Source: Thermoplasmatota archaeon
Lineage (GTDB): Archaea; Thermoplasmatota; Thermoplasmata; Lutacidiplasmatales; UBA184
Length of the DNA: 49,758 bases
Assembly: GCA_036781185.1 (NCBI GenBank)
Contig: DAIQBL010000002.1
Coordinates: forward strand, 1 to 49,758
Reading direction: 5' to 3'
The position numbers were made by a program, and so were the translations under genes. Shown here piece after piece: positions 33,598 through 41,126 of this stretch; the first letter of the stretch is position 1; the number at the start of each line of letters is the position of its first letter. The notes under the pieces are model-generated. The model saw only the letters and a program-made list of their open reading frames with translations. It did not search any database and was not told the DNA's origin.

Positions 33598-36516
33598 ATG
33601 GACCCGGAGCGCGCCGCCCACTGGCAGTCCGAGTGGGAGCGGGCCCGGCTGGCGGAGGCCCGGACCGACGGCAGCCGGGAGAAGTTCTACGCCATCGTCG
33701 CGTACCCCGGGTCGAGCGGCTTCCTCCACCTCGGACACCTCCGGGGGATGACCCTCGCCGACGTCCTCCACCGCTACTACCGGATGGTCGGTCGCTCCGT
33801 GTTCTTCCCGACGGGAACCCACGCCTCGGGACTCCCCGCCGTGACGTTCGCGCAGAAGGTCAAGGAGCGGAATCCGCGGACGGTCGCCAGCCTCCGATCG
33901 GAAGGCGTGCCCGAGTCCGAGTGGGCGGAGCTCGAAGACCCGGTCTCGGCGGCCCGGTACCTCGGCCGATCGTACCTCCGGGTGTACCGATCGTTCGGCA
34001 TCCTGGTCGACGAGCGGGCGTACGTCACGACGGTCGACGACGACTACCAGGCGTTCATCCGGTGGCAGTTCCGTCGTCTCCACGCTCTCGGGGCGCTCCG
34101 CCAGGGACCCCACCACGCCTCCGTTTGCCCGGTGTGCGGACCGGTCTCCGTCGACGCCTCGGAGACGGACCTTTCGACGGGGGGGCAGGCCGAGACGGTC
34201 GTGTACACGGCGGTCCCGTTCGCTCTCGACGATGGCCGGGTCTTGCTCGCCGCGACCCTCCGTCCCGAGACGATCTATGGCGTGACGAACCTCTGGCTGC
34301 CGACGTCGGGCGGGCTCGCCGTCTGGCACTTCCGCGAGCGCACCTACCTCGTGGCTCCGGCCGCCGCTCATCGTCTCGCCGCGCAGCACGGCGGCCAGGT
34401 CGGTCACGTCCTCGACGTCGGCGAGCTGGTCGGCCGGTCGGTGAAGGTCCCCGAGACCGGGGCCTCGGTGCCGCTCCTCCAGAGCTCGCTGGTCGACCCC
34501 GCCATCGGGACCGGCGTGGTGATGAGCGTCCCGGCGCACGCCCCGGCCGACTGGCTCGCGATCCACGAGCTCGACCCGGCGGAGCGGACCCGCCTGCCGC
34601 CCGTGACGGCGATCGTCGACCTGCCGGGACCGATCGAGCTCTCCGGATCGGAGAAGGAGCTCCTCGCGGGCGAGGGAGTCCCGGCGGAACGCGCGGTCCG
34701 GGCCACGGGCGCTCACGCGTTGGCCGACCGGAGCGCGCTCGACGCGGCGACCGAGCGGCTGTACCGCCTCGAGTTCGCCCGCGGGCGAATGCGGTCGGAC
34801 ATCCTCGGGGGCCGCCCCGTGGCGGACGCCCGTCGCGAGGTGGCCGAACGGCTCCGCGCCGGGGGCGACTCGTTCGAGCTCCGGGAGTTCTCCGAACCCG
34901 TGGTCTGCCGCAACGGCCACGACGTCGAGATCCGGCTTGTCCCGGACCAGTGGTTCCTCCGGTACGGCTGGGGCGAGTGGAAATCGAAGACCCGGGCGGC
35001 GCTCGACGCCCTCGTCGTCGTGCCGGCCGAGTACGGCCGCGAGCTCCCGGGCGTCCTCGATTGGTTCCAGGACCGGCCGTGCACCCGGAAGGGCCGGTGG
35101 CTCGGCACGCCGTTCCCGCTCGATCCGACCTGGGTGATCGAGCCGATCGCGGACTCCACGTTCTACCCGGCGTACTTCGTCGTGCGCCCGTTCGTCGCCC
35201 TCGGCCGGATCCCGCTCGCCGGGCTCACGGACGAGTTCTTCGACCACGTGTTCCTTGGCGAGGGGCCCGGGGAGCCCTCGGTCGACCCGGGCGTCCAGCA
35301 GGAGGTCCGGGCCGCCTTCGAGTACTGGTACCCGCTCGACCTCAATATCGGGGGGAAGGAGCACAAACGCGTCCACTTCCCGGTGTTCCTCGCCACGCAC
35401 GCCCTGCTCCTCCCCGCGGAGCGGCGGCCCCTCGGCCTGTTCGTCCACTGGTGGCTCGTGAACGCGGCCGGCGACAAGCTGTCGAAGAAGGACGTCGGCT
35501 CGAAGGGCGTGGCCGTGCCGCCGATCTCCGAATCGCTCGAGCGCTGGGGACCGGACGCCGTCCGGCTGTTCTACGTGCAGGCGGCGAACCCCGAGCAGGA
35601 CATCGAGTGGGCCCCCGGGCTCGTCGACGCCGCGCGGGACCGCGTCGACGACTGCGAGCGCCTCGTACGGGAGTCGCGGGCCGACGGGGCCGGTGGCCCC
35701 CCGGAGCTCGACCGGTGGCTGGCCAGCTCGATGCATGGCTTGGTGCGCGACACCCGCGCGGCGATCGAGGGTCGCCGCCTTCGGGAGGCCTCCGAGCTGA
35801 TTTACGGACGGGTTCCCGCCACCGTCCGTCGCTACTTGGCGCGGGGCGGGGGACCGGGACCCGCCCTCCAGAAGGTCGCCCGGTCCTGGACCGCGATGCT
35901 CGCTCCGATCACGCCCCACGTCGCGGAAGAGCTCGGCTCCCCGGTGTTTCCCGGACTCGTCGCGGAGGCAAGATTCCCGGACCCGGAAGAGTTCGCACGG
36001 GACGACGCCGCCGACGCGACGGAGGCGTTCCTCGACCGGGTCGAGGCGGACCTGCGGCCCATCGTCCGGATGGCGACCGATCGTGGGCAGCCTCCGGAGG
36101 GCGCGGTGTTCTTCGTGGCCGACTCCTGGAAGCGCCTCGTCGAGGGCTGGACCCGCGAGGCGCTCGACGCGAACCCGAAGACGTTGCCGGTCGCGGCGGT
36201 TCTCGGACGAGCCGCGGCTCACCCCGAGCTCGCGGCCCACCGGGGGGACGTCGCGAAGTACGTCGCGCGGATCGCTCCCGCCCTGCGGACCGAACCGGCG
36301 ACCCACGCGCCGGTCGACGAGCTGTCGGCGCTCAAGGGCGCGACGGCGTACCTCGCCAAACGGTTCGGACTCTCGTCGCTCACCGTGCTGCCCGAGCACG
36401 AGGGCGCCGAGCACGACCCCGCCGGGCGCCGCGACCGTGCGCGGCCGGGCCGGCCGGCGTTCTTCCTGTACGGGGCGAACGGCCCTCGGCCGACGCCGAC
36501 GCGCCGGGAAAGTTGA
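33598..36516 (+). CDS. leuS: Leucine--tRNA ligase (archaeal type)
   Basis: 972 aa. HLGH (HIGH-type) motif in YPGSSGFLHLGHLRG, a KLSKK (KMSKS-type) motif, and CP1 editing domain. Confidence 0.95.
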   Translation: MDPERAAHWQSEWERARLAEARTDGSREKFYAIVAYPGSSGFLHLGHLRGMTLADVLHRYYRMVGRSVFFPTGTHASGLPAVTFAQKVKERNPRTVASLRSEGVPESEWAELEDPVSAARYLGRSYLRVYRSFGILVDERAYVTTVDDDYQAFIRWQFRRLHALGALRQGPHHASVCPVCGPVSVDASETDLSTGGQAETVVYTAVPFALDDGRVLLAATLRPETIYGVTNLWLPTSGGLAVWHFRERTYLVAPAAAHRLAAQHGGQVGHVLDVGELVGRSVKVPETGASVPLLQSSLVDPAIGTGVVMSVPAHAPADWLAIHELDPAERTRLPPVTAIVDLPGPIELSGSEKELLAGEGVPAERAVRATGAHALADRSALDAATERLYRLEFARGRMRSDILGGRPVADARREVAERLRAGGDSFELREFSEPVVCRNGHDVEIRLVPDQWFLRYGWGEWKSKTRAALDALVVVPAEYGRELPGVLDWFQDRPCTRKGRWLGTPFPLDPTWVIEPIADSTFYPAYFVVRPFVALGRIPLAGLTDEFFDHVFLGEGPGEPSVDPGVQQEVRAAFEYWYPLDLNIGGKEHKRVHFPVFLATHALLLPAERRPLGLFVHWWLVNAAGDKLSKKDVGSKGVAVPPISESLERWGPDAVRLFYVQAANPEQDIEWAPGLVDAARDRVDDCERLVRESRADGAGGPPELDRWLASSMHGLVRDTRAAIEGRRLREASELIYGRVPATVRRYLARGGGPGPALQKVARSWTAMLAPITPHVAEELGSPVFPGLVAEARFPDPEEFARDDAADATEAFLDRVEADLRPIVRMATDRGQPPEGAVFFVADSWKRLVEGWTREALDANPKTLPVAAVLGRAAAHPELAAHRGDVAKYVARIAPALRTEPATHAPVDELSALKGATAYLAKRFGLSSLTVLPEHEGAEHDPAGRRDRARPGRPAFFLYGANGPRPTPTRRES

Positions 36517-37039
36517 GGTGCATGCGGGACGGGATCGGGTGCGGGCTGACCGTCCGGTACTTCGCGCCCGCCTTCGTGTCGTACCCGCGGCGGATCGGCC
36601 CGGAGATCTCGAAGTAGATCAGTTGCCCGATCGGCATCCCGGGGTAGATCCGCACCGGGACCTTCACGGACATCTCGAGCGTCCAGTAGTTGCAGAATCC
36701 CTCGTCCCCCTTGCCGGCGGTCGAGTGGATGTCGATCCCGAGCCGGCCGACGCTCGATTTCCCCTCGAGGAACGGCACGTACCCGTGCGTCTCGGTGTAC
36801 TCCTCCGTGACCCCGAGATACAATTGGCCGGGCACGAGGACGTAGCCGTTCTTCGGCATCCGGATCTCCTCGATCGGGTTCGGCCTCCGGGCGTCGAGAG
36901 CGCCCCCGACATACGTGGCCAGGTACGGCCCGAGGTGGACATCGTAGGAGTTCGTCCCGAGGCAATCGGCCCGGAACGGCCGGATTACGATCCTTCCGGA
37001 GTCGACCGCCTCGCGGATGCGCGTGTCGCTGAGGATCAT
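36380..37039 (-). CDS. dcd: dCTP deaminase
   Basis: Start set at ATG 37039 (MILSDTRIREAV...). Motifs SYDVHLG, GKSSVGRLGI and TLEM. The ORF runs ~40 Arg/Ala/Gly-rich codons past the conserved end, into the leuS 3' end. Confidence 0.9.
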   Translation of the reverse strand: MILSDTRIREAVDSGRIVIRPFRADCLGTNSYDVHLGPYLATYVGGALDARRPNPIEEIRMPKNGYVLVPGQLYLGVTEEYTETHGYVPFLEGKSSVGRLGIDIHSTAGKGDEGFCNYWTLEMSVKVPVRIYPGMPIGQLIYFEISGPIRRGYDTKAGAKYRTVSPHPIPSRMHLNFPGASASAEGRSPRTGRTPAGPAAHGRGARRGRARRPRARAAR

Positions 37040-37145
37040 CCGGACCGACGCGGGGGAGCCCCATGGGTTCATTAGGACGGCGCGGCGGCCTCGGCGGCCG
37101 GCCCGCCGCAGTCAACGACATGAACCCGGGCCCCCTCGGCGGACT

Positions 37146-39824
37146 ATGAACCCCTCCGACCCGCTCGGCGCGCGCACTTGGCTCGACCTGCCCGAGGAAC
37201 GTTCTGTCATCTATCGGGTGGACCGGCTCGCCGGGGTCGACCCGAAACAGCTCGCCCGACGCCCGCTCACCGTCCGCATCTTCCTCGAGAATCTCGTCCG
37301 CCATTTCGACTCACGCCTCGTCGACCCCGAGACGATTGTCCGGCTCGCGAACTCCGGCGACTCCGGCGCCCGCGAGCTCCCGTTCCACCCCTCTCGCGTG
37401 CTCCTGCAGGACTTCACCGGCGTGCCGGCGCTCGTCGACCTGACGGCCATGCGGTCGGCCGCGGAGCGGCGGGGCACCCCGGTCGCGGCGATCAACCCGG
37501 AGGTCCCGGTGGACCTGATCGTCGACCACTCGGTGCAGGTCGACAGCTACGGCACGGCCCAGTCGGTCCTGATCAACCTCGACCGGGAGTACGAGCGGAA
37601 CGGCGAACGGTACGACTTCCTCCGGTGGAGCCAACAGGCGTACCGGAACATGCGGATCGTGCCTCCGGGGAATGGGATCTGCCACCAGGTCAATCTCGAG
37701 TTCCTCGCCTCCGTCGTCGACCGTCGCGCGGATGCCTCCGGTGAGGCTGTCGCCTTCCCGGATACCCTCGTCGGCACCGACTCCCACACGACGATGGTGA
37801 ACGGCCTCGGCGTGCTCGGCTGGGGCGTCGGCGGGATCGAGGCCGAGGCGGTGATGCTCGGGGAGCCGTACTTCCTCCCCCCGATCGACGTCGTCGGCGT
37901 CCGGCTGTCGGGACGATTGCCCGAAGGCACGACCGCGACCGACCTCGTCCTCACCGTGACCCGCGCGCTCCGCCAGAAGGGCGTGGTCGAACGATTCGTC
38001 GAATTCTTCGGACCGGGTCTCGACTCGTTGAGCGTCCCAGACCGCGCAACGATCGCCAACATGTGCCCGGAGTATGGCGCGACCGCGGCGCTGTTCCCGG
38101 TCGACGTCGCGACGACCCAGTACCTCGCCGGCACCGGCCGCGACCCCTCGGTCGTCCGCCGTGTCGAGGCGTACGCCCGCACGACCGGGATGTGGCGCGA
38201 CGGGACGACGCCGGAGCCGGCGTTCCCCGACGTGCTCGAGATCGACCTTGGGACGATCGAGTCCGCGGTCTCCGGACCCAAGAATCCGGAGCAGTCGATG
38301 CGGCTCGCCGACGCGCCCGGTTCGTTCCGGTCCGCGCTCGCCGAATACCGGAAAGGGCACCCTCGAGAGGCGGCAAGCGCGAACGGAGGCCCGCCAGACG
38401 GGGCCGTCGTCATCGCGGCCATCACGAGCTGCACCAACACCTCGAACCCGTCGGTGATGGTCGGAGCGGGGCTCATGGCGAAGCGGGCGGTCGAGCTCGG
38501 ACTTGCGCCGCCGAAGTGGGTCAAGACCTCGCTCGCACCCGGCTCGAAAGTCGTCACGGCGTACCTCCAACGCGCGGGGCTGCTCCAACCGCTCGAGGGG
38601 ATCGGGTTCGAGGTCGTGGGCTACGGGTGCACGACGTGCATCGGCAACGCCGGTCCGTTGCCGCCGGAGGTCGCCCACGCCGTCGAGACGACCGACGCCT
38701 ACTACGCCGCGGTGCTCTCCGGCAACCGGAACTTCGAGGCCCGGATCCACAACCAGGTCCGGGCGAACTACCTTGCCTCCCCGATGCTCGTGCTGGCGTA
38801 CGCCCTCGCCGGGCGGATGGACATCGACCTCACCCGAGACCCGCTTGGCACATCGCGGGACGGCGCGCCCGTGTACCTTCGCGACCTCTGGCCGAAGGCC
38901 GAGGCGGTCCGGGCGCTCGTTGAGTCCTCGCTCGACCCGTCCCTGTTCCGGGAGAAGTATCGGACCATCACCGTAGGGGACCGGAACTGGGACGAGCTGC
39001 CGGCCCGGACCGGCCCGAAGTTTCCCTGGGAGCCGAAGTCGACGTACCTCCGCGAGCCGCCGTACTTCGACCTCCCGGTCGTTCCACCGGACGCCCACGG
39101 CGCGGTCGTCGAGGGCGCCCGGGTGCTGGCGGTCCTTGGCGACAAGGTCTCGACCGACCACATCTCGCCGGCCGGCAATATCCCGATGGACAGCCCGGCC
39201 GGCCGCTACCTGGTCGAGCACGGGGTGGAGCTCGGTGAGTTCAACACCTACGGCACCCGGCGGGGCAACCACGAGGTGCTCGTTCGCGGAACGTTCGCCA
39301 ACGTGCGTCTGCAGAACCGGCTCGCCGACGGAAAGGAGGGCGGCTACACGACCGTCCTCCCGGACGGTACCCCGTCGACGATCTACGAGGCCGCCCGGAC
39401 CTACCGGGCCCGGAACGTTCCGCTCCTCGTTCTCGCCGGGAAGGACTACGGTCAGGGAAGCTCACGCGATTGGGCGGCAAAGGGTCCGCTGCTCCTCGGT
39501 GTCCGGGCGGTGATCGCGCGCAACTTCGAGCGGATCCACCGGGGGAACCTGGTCGGGATGGGGGGGCTCCCTCTCGAGTTCCCCGCCGGGTCCGGGGTCG
39601 ACGAGCTCGGACTTACCGGGCGGGAGTCGTATCGGATCACGACGGTCGGGGGTGTCCCGCTCACCCCGCGGGGCGAGCTCGAAGTTCGGGCCACCCCGGA
39701 AACGGGGACGCCGAAGAGCTTCCGCGTTCGCTGCCGGGTGGATTCTCCCGTGGAGCTCGAGTATCTCGCCGAAGGCGGGCTCCTGCCGTACGTGCTCGGG
39801 AAAGTGGCGGCTCGGGCCGCCTAG
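37146..39824 (+). CDS. acn: Aconitate hydratase (aconitase A type)
   Basis: Start set at ATG 37146 (MNPSDPLGART...) in track ORF 37017..39824. Motifs LLQDFTGVPA, VGTDSHTTM, ITSCTNTSNP, GCTTCIGN and GSSRDWAAKG. Confidence 0.95.
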   Translation: MNPSDPLGARTWLDLPEERSVIYRVDRLAGVDPKQLARRPLTVRIFLENLVRHFDSRLVDPETIVRLANSGDSGARELPFHPSRVLLQDFTGVPALVDLTAMRSAAERRGTPVAAINPEVPVDLIVDHSVQVDSYGTAQSVLINLDREYERNGERYDFLRWSQQAYRNMRIVPPGNGICHQVNLEFLASVVDRRADASGEAVAFPDTLVGTDSHTTMVNGLGVLGWGVGGIEAEAVMLGEPYFLPPIDVVGVRLSGRLPEGTTATDLVLTVTRALRQKGVVERFVEFFGPGLDSLSVPDRATIANMCPEYGATAALFPVDVATTQYLAGTGRDPSVVRRVEAYARTTGMWRDGTTPEPAFPDVLEIDLGTIESAVSGPKNPEQSMRLADAPGSFRSALAEYRKGHPREAASANGGPPDGAVVIAAITSCTNTSNPSVMVGAGLMAKRAVELGLAPPKWVKTSLAPGSKVVTAYLQRAGLLQPLEGIGFEVVGYGCTTCIGNAGPLPPEVAHAVETTDAYYAAVLSGNRNFEARIHNQVRANYLASPMLVLAYALAGRMDIDLTRDPLGTSRDGAPVYLRDLWPKAEAVRALVESSLDPSLFREKYRTITVGDRNWDELPARTGPKFPWEPKSTYLREPPYFDLPVVPPDAHGAVVEGARVLAVLGDKVSTDHISPAGNIPMDSPAGRYLVEHGVELGEFNTYGTRRGNHEVLVRGTFANVRLQNRLADGKEGGYTTVLPDGTPSTIYEAARTYRARNVPLLVLAGKDYGQGSSRDWAAKGPLLLGVRAVIARNFERIHRGNLVGMGGLPLEFPAGSGVDELGLTGRESYRITTVGGVPLTPRGELEVRATPETGTPKSFRVRCRVDSPVELEYLAEGGLLPYVLGKVAARAA

Positions 39825-40657
39825 GCCCGCTCGAGGACGATCGCGGCGTACCCGACGACGTCGCCCATCGGCTCCGCCTCGCCCGAGTGCCCCCACGCCA
39901 GGGTCCGCGCGGTGAGCCGCTCCCCCGCGAGCGCGGCGAGAAGAACCGTGACCGGCGCGATCCCGCACATCGAGATCGAATGACCCCGCACCGTTCGGTA
40001 GAGCCCCTCGGCATCCCGGCGCTCGATCTCGGCGATCGCGAGCGCGTCGAGGCGGCGGGCGGACTCGGCGGGGATGTAGTGCGAGAAGTCGGTCGAGGCA
40101 ACGAGCAGCACGTCCTTCCCTTCGACGGCCTCCCGAACGACCGCCGCCACCTCGGCGAGTTCGCCGAACGAGCCGAATCCGACCTGGAGCGGGACCACGC
40201 GCGGAGCGGGTTCCGTGTACTGGAGGAACGGGAGCTGGACCTCGATCGAATGTTCGCGTCGGTGAGCGGCCTCGTCGACGACGACCGGCCCTCTGGCGAG
40301 CGCGGTCACGAACTCGTGGTCGCCGGGCACGAGGCCGAGCGGGGTGAGCCAGGGGCGGTCGGAGAGCGCCGCGCCCGGTCCGAGTCCGTGGTGGTCGACG
40401 CCGAGGACCAGTATGGTGCGCGCCGCGGCGTCGGCAGCGACGCGTGCGTAGGCCCGCGCGGCGATCGGACCGGAGTAGATGTAGCCAGCGTGAGGGACGA
40501 CGATGGCGCGGACGGTCCGCTTCGTCCCGCGGTGCCGGGTCGGTAGCTCGCCGGGGCCCCGCGGGTCGAGGAACGCCGCTTCCACGGCCTTCGCGAGCGC
40601 CGCCCCATCCGACGGGTAGAACGCGCCGGCGACGGCGGGCCGTCTCGGCTCGGTCAT
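39821..40657 (-). CDS. MEMO1-family protein (AmmeMemoRadiSam system protein B-like)
   Basis: Start set at ATG 40657 (MTEPRRPAVAGAFYP...) in track ORF 39821..41659. Motifs VVPHAGYIYSG, EHSIEVQLPFLQ and STDFSHY. ATGA overlap with the upstream HIT gene. Confidence 0.85.
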   Translation of the reverse strand: MTEPRRPAVAGAFYPSDGAALAKAVEAAFLDPRGPGELPTRHRGTKRTVRAIVVPHAGYIYSGPIAARAYARVAADAAARTILVLGVDHHGLGPGAALSDRPWLTPLGLVPGDHEFVTALARGPVVVDEAAHRREHSIEVQLPFLQYTEPAPRVVPLQVGFGSFGELAEVAAVVREAVEGKDVLLVASTDFSHYIPAESARRLDALAIAEIERRDAEGLYRTVRGHSISMCGIAPVTVLLAALAGERLTARTLAWGHSGEAEPMGDVVGYAAIVLERA

Positions 40658-41082
40658 CGCCCGGCCGGCCCGCGGAGGTCGTGGACGATGGCGGCGGCGG
40701 TGGGGTCGTCGAGCCGGGTCCTCGGAGTCTGGCCGAACGGGTTCCCGTCGTCGTACCGAGGAATGATGTGGAAGTGGAGATGGAAGACGATCTGACCGGC
40801 CAGGGGTCCCTGGTTGAGTCCGACGTTGTAGTCCCTCGACAGCCGTTCGACGTGGCGGCACGCCTGGACCACCGCGCCGAGGAACGAGCCGAACTCGGGA
40901 GGACGGAGGTCGATGAGACGGTCGACGTGGCGCTTCGGGACGACGAGCAAGTGGCCCCGGGTGAACGGGAAGATGTCGAGGAAGGCGAGGTTCTCCTCGT
41001 CCTCGTACACGACGTGCGAAGGGGCCCGCCGGGCCACGATCTCGCAGAACACGCAGGGCTCGGGAGCGACCGCCGGGCCCAT
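40654..41082 (-). CDS. HIT-family (histidine triad) nucleotide hydrolase
   Basis: 142 aa. CVFCEIV at the N-terminus and the histidine triad HLHFHIIPR. Confidence 0.9.
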   Translation of the reverse strand: MGPAVAPEPCVFCEIVARRAPSHVVYEDEENLAFLDIFPFTRGHLLVVPKRHVDRLIDLRPPEFGSFLGAVVQACRHVERLSRDYNVGLNQGPLAGQIVFHLHFHIIPRYDDGNPFGQTPRTRLDDPTAAAIVHDLRGPAGR

Positions 41083-41103
41083 CGTCGGTTGACGGGGCCG
41101 ACG

Positions 41104-41113
41104 GAATAAAGGG
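41104..41113 (-). promoter_or_regulatory. TATA-like element (CCCTTTATTC on the minus strand) upstream of the HIT-MEMO operon
   Basis: AT-rich stretch beginning 22 nt upstream of the start at 41082. It could also serve the divergent peptidase gene. Confidence 0.45.
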
Positions 41114-41126
41114 TTGCCGACGCACC

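Noticed and set aside
33523-36617. Very long alternative-frame ORFs over leuS (33633..36617 + and 33523..36414 -).
   Set aside because: These are shadow ORFs typical of high-GC DNA. Their translations are dominated by Arg, Gly, Pro and Ala and carry no recognisable motifs, whereas the 33598..36516 frame carries LeuRS signatures.
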